A DNA stretch of 64,000 nt from Chrysomallon squamiferum (GCA_012295275.1 CM022670.1:15376001-15440000); one strand, 5' to 3'. Shown: positions 1 through 14,038, counted from the first letter of the stretch. Notes: generated by a model from the letters alone, not told the origin. Program-made: numbers and translations.

Positions 1-92
1 TGTACTTGTATATTTATCAGTAAATTATCTTAATTTAAGATCATTTTAGTTATTAATGAATATAAGATAAAAACAAAATCCTCTTTCCTTAC

Positions 93-411
93 TATTTGGT
101 TCTGCAGTCAATGCTTCTTCGCTTACATCATCGACAGGACGTTCCCAGGTAGAGTTTTCTGATGTTGGATCAGACATTTCTGATGTCGGAGATGAAGTTT
201 CCTCTGTTAACACGACGTCTGTATTTAAGGACTGGAAAGGAGAATTGTCGGTGTCTGCATTGACTATACTACCATCTTTTTTCTTCTGAAGCGCCTCTAG
301 TTCCTTTGCCAAATTCAGTGCAAATCGTAGTTCTTTTTCATCAATCTTCATCTTGTTTGGTGTTCCAGAGGCAAGTGCAAGAAAGAAGAACAGAGAGAAA
401 CACAGCTTCAT
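93..411 (-). CDS. First coding exon of a secreted, acidic S/T/E/D/P-rich protein (gene continues beyond the left edge)
   Basis: ATG at 411 in AAG-ATG context. Hydrophobic signal peptide MKLCFSLFFFLALASG. Frame open to a strong donor AAT A|GTAAGG (intron starts at 92, phase 1). Acceptor TTTTACAG| at 489-490. Candidate upstream non-coding exon ending at donor AAG|GTAAGG (1439). Confidence 0.75.
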
Positions 412-1554
412 CTTTGCCTGTTTTGAGTTTTCTGAATGAAGCTGGGAATACGTCTCTTAATATAGTAGCAGCATCGTTTCAATCATGACTGTAAAATTCT
501 AATTGCAGGCTAAGATTTCAGTGAGGTAATAAATTTACGTAAGTGCGGCTAGATCACAGTTTAATCTGCTACGTTTTGACGTTGTTGTTGTTGTCTCTCT
601 TTTTTTCTTTTTTTTTTACAGCCAGTAATGATGGTGCCTATTTTATGAATACCTACAGTTCGACAATATCTCTATAAGCTGTGTTTATGCGTGAAGTTAA
701 AACTTCGTATCTAATCAATAATATCTGCATTAACTTTTACGCTAGATGAATTTGCAAATTTGTATAGCATATTTCTACTCGAACGTAACTATTATTTAAA
801 TAAAAGATATAGAATAATAATAATAATAATAGTCCGAAGGTAATATACATGTATAAAATGTAAGTTTCGAAGATATGAAGATAACTCAGTTAACAAGACT
901 GTGGTTATTAGAATACAAATCATATAGCATTTAACATTCTAAATGCCCGATTAAATTTGAAGGTGAATTATTATGTTTCATTTACCATAGAAATTAATCA
1001 ATACAGATTTTTAATAATGAATTCTTCAGCTACATTGTAGTTTATATTCTGCAGAATATTTTAAACTGGATCTGCTGTTAAATAAATAAATAGATTAGTT
1101 CATAGCTGAATAAAATACCTTAAACTACACATCTCTATCTGTCTGTCTGTCTGTGTATAGTTCTTATCTTATAGATTTGTAGGCGCGAGGGGTATCACAG
1201 TTATCAACAACAACAAGAACAATTATTAGTTCAACCAACAAAACTTATGAAAGAAATATAAAACATTCACTGAATGCTATGAAAATTAATGTGAACATTA
1301 ACTTTATAATGAATGGACAAATCACCCAATCACAGGCATTTTGCGCCATACTGACAACAATACATCAATCACTTTTCTTGCCAGAAGCCGGGGAAATAAC
1401 TGTCGATTATCTATATGAATCTTCATCAGATACCTTACCTTTCGTAGCAGACACATTTAACTAAACAGAAATATGAATAATAAAGACGAAATCATCGCTT
1501 TGTTTGTCAGGCGAGAAGTAAAGTTTTCAAATGGAAGATAAGTCAGTTTCTAGC

Positions 1555-1624
1555 GGAGAACAGTTCAGATGGTCATTTGAACAGATTTCGCTGGAGAACC
1601 AAATGTCCATCTGAACTGTGCTCC
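1555..1624. repeat. 25-bp inverted repeat with a 20-nt loop (hairpin)
   Basis: ggagaacagttcagatggtcatttg (1555-1579) vs caaatgtccatctgaactgtgctcc (1600-1624): reverse complements at 23 of 25 positions. Confidence 0.85.
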
Positions 1625-2714
1625 ACCAGAGTATGTTTGGGATAGAAAGTTCCTAGAGACCAGATGCATCTCTTGATTTCTGATATCTAGCGGGTGGGCA
1701 TTTGAAAAAGAATGGGATTTTTGCTCTACTCTACCCTAATATTTTTTTCATTAACATTTAGAAAAATATTCTTTTCATTATCTTTTAAAGTGTATCTTAA
1801 AAATTACACTTCTTTTCTTCCTTATGGGTCATCGATAAAATATTTAACCAGTTAATTTAATGTACATGTACGTCTTTCTTTTTTCTTCAAAATAAACCCT
1901 GAGACTGCTTCAGTAATTATTTTCAGGTTTTTGTATGGATTCAAGATATTCCGCACCAGATATTTTATTTAAACACATTCTTAATTTCTCTTGTAAAATC
2001 AATAAGAAGCAAACTAACGCGATTCATCCAGATAATTGAAATTTCAGAGTTTTTTTTTTTATTTTTTTTTTCTTTTTTGTTTGTTTTGGAAACTTTTGTT
2101 CATGTTTATAGGGGGATAACGTGTTTGTATTTAAGTTATAAAAGTTTTTCTTTTAAAACGAAAATAATTAAACACTTACCTATACAATAAAATACTTTAA
2201 AATAATAATTAAAAAAAAAATAGTAAATATATATATATATATAATATAACATAACGTAACGTGGTGTAATGTAGCGTAGCGTAATGTAAAGTGACGTAAT
2301 GTAATGTGATGCAAAACACGTAATATAATATAAACACTGTTTTGTATACAAAAAAGATATTTAATAAATATCTATAATGCACTCAGGAGTTTCGTAATAT
2401 TCATATATACATGCTGCCTTTAGAAGAATATAAAATCAAACACACATAAATATACGACTAATCAATGTTCCTTGTGAACTCTGACTTATCTGTATGTATT
2501 CTCAGTTTGAGTGTTATTGAAAATTTCACTTTATTATTATAAGCTGATTTCCTTACTGCAGTTCTGAAATAAAATACAGTGACGAACAGCGTAACGAAAT
2601 CAAATGATATGTGCATGGAGTAAAATTAAATATCTTTTTCACAACCAGAAACTAACACTCGACAATGCTTCCGTAAGGAAAGAAACATTTAAGTTGTGTT
2701 TACGTGTGTTAAAC

Positions 2715-4193
2715 TTACTCCTTGGTGCTACACACAGAAACAGAACAAGCCAATTCACTCATCACGAGACTCTCCCCTTCGTCGCCGTCCGACTGAGACA
2801 CACAGTCAGAGATTGGCGGAGAGTCTTTGTCAAAACGAATATGATTTGATAGCAAAGGTTCTGAAGCTTCATCCGCATCACTTGGTAAAGCTTTCAACAC
2901 ATCACTGTGACTGGCGTCCTCGCTTATTTTACATACAGTAAAACGACGTGATGACTGTTTTGGGTTGTTAGCTTGCATATTACTCAAATCACTTGCTTCA
3001 GCAGATTGGTGTACGTGTGCCTGATGAATTATCACTGTTGCATGTTTTCCTTTTGGCACCGCTGCATCGTCACTTTCTTCCATAACTAAATGAGTATCAC
3101 TGCTCGAAGAATTATTCTCATCATTAGTAACCATCTCTAAATGAGTATCAGTAACAGAAATTTTATTCTTTTCAGATTCCCTATTGCCCAGGTCAGCAGT
3201 GGAAACGTTTTCGCGGCTGTGTCCTTGTGGTGACATTACAGAATGAAGAGAGGACTTGGACGTCACTGAAGCTAGAGTCTGTCCTCCTTCCTGATCAGGC
3301 GTGTATCCCAGGTTGTCAAAACCTGATGACATCGCTCTCGAAGAACAGTTTCCAATAGTGGAAAACATATCAACAACATTGCCACAGCTTTTAGACAGCC
3401 GTTTTGTCATGAGATAATTTTCTGTAGAACTGCATACGACGTCCAGTGTAGCTACTTCAACGTCTGCTGGTTTTATATTGGGAAGCGATGATGTTTTTAT
3501 CCAGTTTTCTCTTTCTAACACTTTCAGCCTTATTGTCTGTTTAGTCGGTGTCACAACTGTTTCTTCCTCATTTTTTGTGTCCGAGCAGGGTTCCTTGTCA
3601 CCAACCGCAGTAGCTTCACCTGGACTGCTTAAACATCTGGACAAAGATTCCTTTTTAAATGTTGGTGCGAGGTTTTGAATAGTCGGACGACTCGTCGGAA
3701 TCTCAAGGCCACGAAAATAATTTCTCCTCATTTGTGCAATGATCATTTCATAGAGAACCTTCCTCTTCAGTTTTCGTTGTTCGTCGGTGGATATATTTAC
3801 ATACTTATCTACAAATTCACAATACAAAACACCGGCTACTATCATCGTAAACAATCCAAACGCCATGAAAACTGGTCCCACGAATTCCAAAACTTTCATC
3901 GTCGTTGTGTTTAACCCTTGTGATATGGTTACGTTAGTAGTGTGATTGTGTTGATAAAATTTCGGTTCGTCGAATTCTGGATGATAGGCGACAATCGACA
4001 TGGTTGTGCCGCCCATCAGGACCAGGAATCCGATCAGACACGAAGCGCACGTCGGCAAAAGACAGGGCATTCGCAGCAGATCGCGTAGTTTAAGGTTCCT
4101 TCTTGCGGCGCGTTTCCTTCGAGAGAGTTCTCTCTTCTTCTTGTTCCTGTATGGCATGCCAACCAGCCGAACTCGAGCTGTCGGCACAAACAT
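2715..4193 (-). CDS. TMEM200: TMEM200-family (DUF2371) two-TM membrane protein, 492 aa, single coding exon
   Basis: Uninterrupted 492-codon ORF. Basic N-terminus, then TM1 GFLVLMGGTTMSIVAYHP, a luminal loop with sequons (NHT, NVT, NTT) and TM2 MKVLEFVGPVFMAFGLFTMIVAGVLYCEFVDK. These match the TMEM200 pattern (G..MAVLGYWP ... GP..MG.G.F..I.A...E..DK). Long S-rich disordered tail. Acceptor TCTTTCAG| at 4341-4342 upstream of the ATG. Confidence 0.88.
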   Translation of the reverse strand: MFVPTARVRLVGMPYRNKKKRELSRRKRAARRNLKLRDLLRMPCLLPTCASCLIGFLVLMGGTTMSIVAYHPEFDEPKFYQHNHTTNVTISQGLNTTTMKVLEFVGPVFMAFGLFTMIVAGVLYCEFVDKYVNISTDEQRKLKRKVLYEMIIAQMRRNYFRGLEIPTSRPTIQNLAPTFKKESLSRCLSSPGEATAVGDKEPCSDTKNEEETVVTPTKQTIRLKVLERENWIKTSSLPNIKPADVEVATLDVVCSSTENYLMTKRLSKSCGNVVDMFSTIGNCSSRAMSSGFDNLGYTPDQEGGQTLASVTSKSSLHSVMSPQGHSRENVSTADLGNRESEKNKISVTDTHLEMVTNDENNSSSSDTHLVMEESDDAAVPKGKHATVIIHQAHVHQSAEASDLSNMQANNPKQSSRRFTVCKISEDASHSDVLKALPSDADEASEPLLSNHIRFDKDSPPISDCVSQSDGDEGESLVMSELACSVSVCSTKE

Positions 4194-5723
4194 CTTGGCG
4201 TGAGTCGGTGTCCCAGGATGACAAACATTCCAGCCATTAACTGATTATTCCTGTACTGAGTCACTTTTCAAGTCAAGTTCCGAGTTACATGAAACCACGT
4301 GATTCCTCGAACTAAATCACTCTGCATGCATCGCATTCACCTGAAAGACGAATAGTGAATTAGAAAGAAACTGAAACAAAACTGGTTGATAATAATTTAC
4401 TAAATGTTCATATAATCGAAGATATGATCATTGACTGAATGTATGAATGATGATGGCATGAAGGAAGAAATGAATGAACAAACAATCAACATTTTTAACC
4501 AAAAGAGATTTAACCAAAGATTATAGGGTATTATTAACTACATTTTCCTGATTTGCAGTAAATTAGTTTCCTATGCATTAATCCATACTATCGTTTTTAA
4601 TGGCAACTCTGGAGCACTGGCAAAACAAGAAACAAGTATCAGCCCATTAACCCATTAATATAACGATATTACATAATATTATGTCGGTTAATGTATATAC
4701 TTTGGTGCAGTGGAAATATTTTCAGTTCGTAATCTCAAACTAGAAAACAAATTAAAAAATAGACCAGTGATTTTCTGCTAAAAACATCTCGTGTATATCT
4801 CTCTATCAAAACTTAGCAGCAGGCCGACTCTGTCGATAATGTCTCAGACGAATTCACTGCCTGCAACACGAAGAGACAAAACCTTAAAGAAATAAGTGCC
4901 TCTAGATGAGCCAATCAATGGCCACTCTTTGTTTCCGTAGTGATTCTAACTTCTCCACAGTCATCGATTCACACAATAATCACCTGTTGTTTCTCTTTGA
5001 TTACTCAAGAAATGGTACAGTTGCTTTTCCTGTTACTTCTACTACTGACCGTGTGTTCAGCTAGGTCTCCAACATTTAACATGATGGTCTAAATGGAAAG
5101 AAAAATGTCAAAGACGTTCTGAAAAGCGAATTCCTGTTCAATATTTACTTGTTTGGATGGATGCATATATGCATGCTTGTATGTACTTCCATAACATATG
5201 GCTGTATGCGCACGCATGTTTGTGTGTATGTTGGTGGGTGGGTAAGTATGAACAATGGTAGGTGGGTAGGTTGGTTGTTTAGACCTGACCAGCACATTGG
5301 TATTTTAGTAAATGGTGTTCGTGAGCATGTCTACTTTACTTTAAAACTCTGGTCGTATCGGAGTTTATGTAATTTGATTTTTATTTTCACTTATGTCTAA
5401 GCTTAGCCATATACAAAAGAAAGACACTTTAGGAGCACTTTATTCAGTTTTCAGAAAAGTAATTTGCCTTTATTGTTCCCAGATAGTTTATCGTTTATTC
5501 CTTTTTTTAAGCATTTAAATTGTCAATAAACAGAAATTGGATAGATACACGTGTTTGTTGTTTTCACAGTTATTATCGAGTTTGTTTATCGTTGCAACTG
5601 ATGTTTATATAAACACTATCAAGTCTATTTCAGGAATTCTTTCTTCCCGGCACCCAGGTACGCATAAATCAGAGCAGCGCGTGGTCTTAGCGGAAACAGG
5701 TGATAACTTTGTTTTCAGTTTAC

Positions 5724-5760
5724 CTGTACGGACAGTTGTGAATGCGCCAGAAGAAGTCCG
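5724..5760 (-). other. Candidate non-coding 5'UTR exon of the TMEM200-like gene
   Basis: Minus-strand acceptor GTTCCTTCAG| (5761-5762) and donor CAG|GTAAAC (5722-5723) bracket 37 nt. No transcript evidence. Confidence 0.35.
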
Positions 5761-6437
5761 CTGAAGGAACATACATCAGCTGCTTAAGGCAAATACAAAA
5801 TCCTTCAGAAATTCAATTGACAATTTTAGTCAGTTAGAAACATTTAGATGGATCCAACAGTAGCAGATATAACACAGCTAAATAACGAATGACAGCTGAT
5901 GTAATAATAAAGTGATTATTTTAATGAATCAATGAATCAATATCTAATTTAATTAATTAAAAAGATAATTAGTTATTTAATTATGGACACCTATTCTAGA
6001 CTGGACAACATGCTTTAATACAGTTTGTGTACATCCAAGTGTTATTTATTTCGATCCAGTAATTCTTGTCCTTATTTCATTCATACTATGCATTACAATA
6101 TCATATACTTAACTGGAATCTTTTCTGAAAGAAGTAAATTTTAAATCGTTTTTTTTAAGAGGTTTATATCACTACAGTTTCTTTTACCTCGTTGCATGCA
6201 CATTTCGAAGAACTAAATAATTCACAGATGACATTTACTTCGGCGATTTATACAAAATATGCACCACTTAAATATTGTTTCATAAGAAATCTGCCTTTTT
6301 GTGTTTTATATTAATAAATCGTTTCTGTCATTTCAAAAATAATGTTATTTTTCATTAAGAATTAAAGAAAAAAAAAGTCCAGAACTAAAAAGAGACTCAA
6401 TATCATCTATGTCAAGGCCATAAAATGGACATTAAGT

Positions 6438-6696
6438 CAAAGGCGTGCAGAGGTCTGGTGATGCCCGGGGCCAACTCATTGATTATATGCTCCAAAGACT
6501 CAAGTATAAGGCCTGGTACAGAAAAATATTATGAGAAAGAAAGATATTTTGAATATGTAAACACAGATGAAAGTTAAGATAAACACTTAGTTCGATTTAA
6601 ATATAAATCGACCAAACTGTATAAGTTATTTTCTCTGACTGGATGCCCGGGGCCACAGCTCCTTCACCTGCCCTCCCCCCACCCTGCACGCCACTG
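6438..6696. mobile_element. Non-autonomous hAT-type MITE (259 bp)
   Basis: Terminal inverted repeats caaaggcgtgcag / ctgcacgccactg (11/13). Flanked by 8-bp TSD cattaagt (6430-6437) / cattaagg (6697-6704). Sub-terminal motif gatgcccggggcca present twice. Confidence 0.8.
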
Positions 6697-7138
6697 CATT
6701 AAGGTACCCGACAGTCATTGCTTAAAATGTACTTATTCATTATTGCTATTTTCAGTTTCTTAGCAAACAAAACTAATTATAAAGTTAAACTGGGCTTATG
6801 GTTAGACTAATTTCGAAGCACGTCTGGAGTAAAGAAAGGTGTTCGTTCCAGTGTCAGCTGGCTGAGTGAGTCCCAGTGGAAATTATCAACATAGTCCTGT
6901 CTGAAATGAAATAATGTCATACGTCACAAACTGCATGCATACAGAACATGCGCGCGCACGCACATATACACAAATACATGTACATACACACATGTACACC
7001 TGCTAATACGTTCCCGAATATTGCGAATTTATGGAGTCTAATCAGACGTCCATAAGACAGAGAATGGCCAGTCCTAAAATACATACGTACATATATATAT
7101 ACACACAAGCATTTCTTTTTTCTCTTGTTTTTTCTTCT

Positions 7139-7169
<31 letters not shown>

Positions 7170-8843
7170 TCACAATAACTATTCCACTGGAATACGCTTT
7201 GTTGCCGAAGTAAGAACATGTATAACTTTTAATATCAATTTACAAGAACCTGTATCTCATTTTATAATCAGTGTCTTCTAACAACTTTCATCTGCTAGAT
7301 CTTTAAGGGGAATTTTTTGTACTGCATCCAGCCTGTACTGTTTATTTTACCACAGAGAGTCCAGACCATCGTAATTCCAGCAGAAAGTAATTGTATCTAT
7401 CATTTTCACCTAGTTTGTACCTGATTTAGTCAATAGACCCTTTCAGGTAGTCACTTTTAATATCCGTTTATATCTGTTGAAATATATATATATATATATA
7501 AAGATAATAGTGATAATAAATCAGTGGTTTATTAAATATTGTTTCTACGCTAGCTTTTTTTTTTCTTTCTTTTGTCTGACAGGAATTTTTCATTAAAACT
7601 GGTACAAAACATATTAATCCTCTTCGGGTCATTTCACCGATATATTAACTTGCCATTTCACCTGCCATTTTAATTCTTATTGAAAATATTTTTACCTAAT
7701 ACTTAAACAATGCCAACAGTTTCTTTGATATGTCAGAGAAGCAGTGCATTCATGATTAATAATCGATTTCTCGAATAACAGAAAAACATCGTTCTTTAGA
7801 TGTGAACTCGTTTGAGTGTGTGTGTGTGTGTGCGTGCATGCATAAGTGTGTGTTTCTTATCAGTATATACTGAAATATTATATTTATTTTATCATTTGAG
7901 TTATTCTGGGCTTTTTTCTAAAGGTTACACCAAATTCACCAAGAGGCATCTGAAAAGAAAAATAATTTTCAAAAATTTCACGCCCTTGTACTTACGACAT
8001 ACCAATGGATATTAAATATGAAACGATTTATTACGGATATGTTAAAAATAAACGAATACTCCACTTCTTGACATTTGCAAGATGATATCCCTGAGGTTAT
8101 CGAAACAAAAACCTACACTATCTCGTTCCGAACAAAACTCCCAAGAGAGAAACAGACCGGGAGAACACACACAGGAACTGTTACACCAAATGTTACGTTT
8201 AGACAAAACTTATTTTCGTCTGACGTTCGTTCACAGTCTTATTACGCAGTATTTAAAGAATGTGCATTCGCGATGATATGATGGTTGTTATATTGTGTTT
8301 ATGCGTACTTGTGTATATGCGCGTGTAGGTAGGTGTAACAATGAATATATGTGTGTCTGTGTGTCTCTGTGTGTGTCAGTGGGTGTATGTATTTGTGCAA
8401 CTGTGTGTACATGACTTAGTGTTTTGTGTTTTCGGTGTGTTTGAATTTTTATTTAGTTTCTTTTTATTATTTTTCTCTTTTTCTCTTATTTAAAAAAATA
8501 TATATATATGCCAGTCTTTAAGTATATATTATTATGTAAATATATTCTTATATAGTAAACATAATTACCTTTTATTTTGAAAATAATAGCTTTATAACAA
8601 ATGCAATTTTAAACCAGAAGTTTCATTAAATCGATAAAAGTCAGTCGATATTTTGTTCTTGATTTGTGTTAAAATACAAATCATTAAATTGAACATTATA
8701 TCGCCAGTGTATTTTATATTTTTATCCATTGCATTTCAGGTCTGACATTTTATGTCGGTGCTTCAATTAAATAGAAATATTTCTAATGTTACGTAAAAAA
8801 AAAAAAAAAAAAAAAAATCAAAATAAATCTCTGTAGTAATAAA

Positions 8844-8894
<51 letters not shown>

Positions 8895-9453
8895 TGTGTG
8901 TGTTTGTGTGTGTGTGTGAAAATGTGTATCCATTACGTACATTTGTGTGATTGCGCAAGCATGTAATAAACGACAATTTATCTCATTTGGTGCAGATCCT
9001 GCACAGTGCGAGTTTCTCTGTTTACACTCTGTCGTGCGAAAAACGAAAATCTAAACTGGTGACACGAACGGATAATGTGGGACATCAAAGTGGCATTGTT
9101 AGAAATCTCCTCGCCGCAGGCTCTGGTTTTTATTCTTGGTACTTTAACATTAGACTGATTAATTCAGAACATGCCACGATCCTCGAAATCTCAAAGAACT
9201 GCAAACATTCCGCTGGAGGCCTCATTAAAAACAAAAGACTGCCTGGTTTACTTTCAGTTTATTGTGCGCCATATGACCCATTTTATTTTTTTTCATAAAA
9301 TAAAATTAATACTCATGAAAATGATTTCATGGTAAAGAACGCCAATAAATTCAGGATCTAAAGCTCAGTGATGTTATGTCAATGACTGTTACATTTTTAC
9401 TAACTCTTAATTCAGTTTGATCTTGATTCTAAAGCTTAAGATAATATATATAC

Positions 9454-9469
9454 AGATAGATAGATAGAG

Positions 9470-9550
<81 letters not shown>
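9454..9550. repeat. (AGAT)n microsatellite
   Basis: Directly visible tetranucleotide run. Confidence 0.95.
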
Positions 9551-10276
9551 TTAGAAGTATAAATCCACTGTATTGAATTCCTACGAATATTATTAAGTAC
9601 CATTCCAGTATTAACTAACTAACACTCTTTTGGTAATTCTAACGCACAGATATTTTCTTTTAGTTAAATATGATAATAATATAACACACTGGAGGAATGT
9701 ATTATGGCCGACATTTTCCCTTATTTTTGATGACGTCATTTCGTTTTGTTGTCTGACATCATTTCATACACAGAAGAGTGAATTCATTCATTCATTCATG
9801 TTTCTTTCTTCCTATCTTTTTTTTTTTACTGCTATTTTATTTATTTTTTTATTTTTTTATTTTTTTATTATTTATTTATTTATTTATTTATTAAATTAAA
9901 TCAGCCAGTTTTGTTAATGAATATGGTTTGTGTAATAAACCATAAGCTTTCATAAAATATATATTTTTTTTAAATTTAATTCGGAAATGTGGAACTGAAA
10001 ATATACGTTTATATTACCTAAGTGAAAAGAAATGTATCCAACTCATAAATAATCATTTGATTATTGATTCTGCACAGTAGCTATAGGAATGTACATCTTT
10101 TTATCTCTTCACAGTTTATGATGATGATAATAACAAGATGACGATTACAATGATACTGTTGATGATGACGATGATGATAATAATAACGATAATAATGATT
10201 ATAATGGATGGTGATGGTGATGCTGATAATAATAATGTTGATGATAATGATGATGAAGATGATGATGATTGTGATG

Positions 10277-10328
<52 letters not shown>

Positions 10329-10454
10329 TACTAGTGAAACACAGTATCGATTATTACTAAATACTGACCAACCAGTAAAACATTTTCGAGATCATGATTA
10401 TTAATTTTTGTAATGTTTCAATTTTTACAAAAAAAAATTTGTTTTCTTATTGTT

Positions 10455-10491
<37 letters not shown>

Positions 10492-10904
10492 CTTCTTCTT
10501 CTTCTTTTTTTATTGACTAAACTCTTAGTTCTTCACCTGTATCTGGGAAGGTGTAGAGAAAATATCTATTTCTGCTGACTGACAAATTTTATCACTGTTA
10601 ACACTGCGCCATCACCCAAGTCCAAAGCTCGTAAACTGCACACGAAACTATTCCTATCTCCATTACGCAACTCAATTTGTCCAGATTGAAGGAATTTATA
10701 GATGACCGCTGTCTGCCACTCTGGTTTCAAAATAGGCATAATGAATACGGCATACGTTATTGTTATTAATATATATATCTCTCCTCTAGTCTACCTGTCA
10801 AAAACGTGTTACCGTGACCTCGGCCCTGGCAAAGATGAACGACAGGCCCAGACAGTACAACGCAGTTTAATATCAACGCTTATTAGAGACACCAGTCATA
10901 TTTT

Positions 10905-11025
10905 TCATATATAATGGCGGAGGAAACTGGATACCGCCGTTCCGTCAGCTACGTTTATCGATCAGCTAGAAACGGATCTTTTCTCTGCACCTTCCCCGAT
11001 ACAGGAAGTAAGTACAGGCCATTGT
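10905..11025 (+). mobile_element. Degenerate SINE core fragment (MetaSINE-like)
   Basis: ggaaactggataccgcc...atcagctagaaacggatcttttctctgcaccttccccgatacagg...aggccattg resembles the recalled mollusc/fish SINE core (ggaaacccgctgccgcc...cagcaagggatcttttatatgcacc..cccacagacagg...ggcctttg). Matched from memory only. Confidence 0.45.
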
Positions 11026-11700
11026 TGGGAAAGGGAAGCAAGGAAACGGGTGTTAAATGGATTTGGAAGAAGACAAATTAATCTTATTGTGATCATATTA
11101 AATAACAAAGTCTGCGGGCAGTCCTCATTCTTTGATAATTTCTCTTCATTTATAGTTTTGTGTCTTTGCTGAAAAGAGAAGTGTAACTGTCAGATAAAAA
11201 CTGACTGTTTCGATAAGTATAACACATAGCTTAGTATTATAGCTGGAAGTGAGTGGTGAGACCAGCAGGGGTCATGTCCTGAACCCGGGGGGGTGGGGGG
11301 TAAGGTGTATAAAGCGCAATTACAATAAATATATTGAGTTTTGGGAGAATTTCGTGTGTGTTTATTTTTTTATCTGTTTTTTTGTCGTTGTTGTTGTTTG
11401 TTGTTGTTTTTGGGGTGTTTTGTTTTTGTTTGTTATTATTTTAAGTTTTTTGTTGTTTTTGGGGGGGTTTTGCTTTGTTTTGGGTTGTTGTTTTGTTGTT
11501 GTCGTTGTTATTTTAAGTTCAGGTGTTTGTTTTGGTTTTTGGTTTCTCAGAGGAGTATTTTACTGAAATAAAAATTTGGTTACACAGCACTATAAAATAA
11601 TTTCTCTCATTTTTTTATGTATAAAATAATAATAATAATAATAATAAATAATAATAATATATTTATATTTATATTTATATCTATCTGTCTCTCTGTCCAT

Positions 11701-11739
<39 letters not shown>

Positions 11740-11770
11740 AAGACATTCACAATTTCTCGTCTAAATATAA

Positions 11771-11804
<34 letters not shown>

Positions 11805-13441
11805 GTTCATTCCTAGCACATTACAAACTTCTGGTTTCCTTTCAAACAAAGGCAGGCTGTTTCCTAGGCACGTTTCAGATGAAAACAAACGTCGTTGTTC
11901 AATATGAATAAATGGTCAGGACGCACCGCGATCGATCTGCAATCCTCTTTGATACGCCATCCGAGCACACATGGATCACGGTAGACTGCCACAAATGTAT
12001 TGAAACGTAACAAAGTGCCAGGTGACAAAGAAAACGACATTTCGCAGACATACACAGTTTAAGTAAGCTTAGAGAAACAATAATTAATAATCATGAATCT
12101 GTTGAAATGGGTCTGTGTACGTGTATGTGTAATGTATATGTATTTGTGTGATTGTCATGTGTGTTCGTGTGTATGTTTGTAAATATATATATATATATGT
12201 TATGTGTGTCTAATCTTTGTGTGTAATGTCTGTGTGTATATTTTATCATTATAAATAAATAAATAAATAAATGAATAATGAAGAAAGAATCCAGCCACTG
12301 AAGACAGAACTGGTGCACCTTTGTTCATGTACTGCTGCTGTGAATGATAATTATTTTTCTTGTTCAGCTGAAGTTAACATCAAAGCAGAAATCTCAAGTC
12401 TCAGCTGTATCTAATATTCTACATTTGTTTTCTACCGCTCTGTTTATTACACATTTATAACTTTTGAGAAATCGATGTGCCGTAATGAAAATAATAGGAA
12501 AATAACTAAATACAGATTTTCAGACAATGTTTTCGATTTTCGTTTTACACATTATTTTAATTTTTTTTTTTTTTTTTTTTTTTTTACACTTTTAATAGAA
12601 ATTTTCATTATTAGATAATTAGTTCTGCTCGTTCTTTTGTTTATTGTTAGTTTACTGTTTTCTTTTTATTTCCATATTTTCTTTATATTTTTTATTTATT
12701 TATTTCTCTTAATTTTTTTTCTTATTTTTTTTTTTTTTTATTTTATTTTTTATTTTTTATTTTTTTTTGTAGAGGGCGTTTTTTATTTATTTGTTTGTAC
12801 TTTTTGTCTGTTTTCCTTTATTTTATTTTATTTTATTTTATTTATTTTTTTTTTTTTTTTAAGGAAAATTCTTTAATTATAGTTGAACTGTGCAAAGACG
12901 AAAATGTTCATAATTGTTTTCACGAGCCTCAGCAATTTGACTTCGAGAACGTAAGTTATACAAGAAGTTATTTTTGCCACAATTAACAATAAAAGTATTT
13001 AAAAAGGTATCAAATTCACAAAATTGTATCCGTTAAACGTTAATACAGAAACTTTTCAAACAAAGAAACAGACGAGAATAAATGACGATGTTTATACTTG
13101 TATTATTCTGTCATGCTACACTATTAGGAAAGTCTAGGAATTGAAATATTATATTTAAGCCACTTTTTATTCACTCCAAGGGCATATTTTAATTTCATAA
13201 TTTTCTAGACACCAGTGTTCAAATACCTGCAGATTAAAATGCATATAAATTTAAGAAATACACATATATAATGAAAATCCACTCAGATATATCTCTCTGT
13301 GTCCTTCTGTCTGTCTGTCTATCTGTCTATCTATCCATCTGTCTATATCAATATATATCTGTCTGTCTGTCTGTCTATCTGTCTATCTCTCTATGTGTCT
13401 GTTTATCTGTCTATCTATCCATCTATCTATATCAATATATA

Positions 13442-13536
<95 letters not shown>

Positions 13537-13996
13537 ATATATATATATATATATATATTACTAATTAATAAAAGAATAAAATACTTCAGAAGACAATTTT
13601 CGACACCTCTAACAAGTAAGTGTACCTGGACGTACGGAGTCGCGATGTTTTGTTTCTAACTAATTGCTTCAATTAATAACAAGGATAGCGCATTCCGATC
13701 ACGAAATGCCGTGTGACGCGGTGCAAACCCTTCAGCGCCTGCCCTGAATACAGACGTTTACAGACAACGTGACTGACTGAAGCACCGAGCAGCATGTCTG
13801 TGCTCGCTGTTTGTCGGTGCAGGGTAAAGAGGAACGGCTCTTATCTAACCTCGAGTGTAGGAATTAAGTGCTAATTACCGAGCTGTGCACGAAGTTACGT
13901 TCACGAAATTTCAGTCACATTACGTAAGATTCGATTATTTCGCTTATATCAAAATGATTCAGTTTTACGTTCTGTGTGTGTGTGTGTGTGTGTGTG

Positions 13997-14038
<42 letters not shown>

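Noticed and set aside
10118-10330. Poly-D/N ORF (and a similar acidic tract at ~50410-50520)
   Set aside because: (GAT/AAT)n-derived low-complexity DNA without convincing splice sites.
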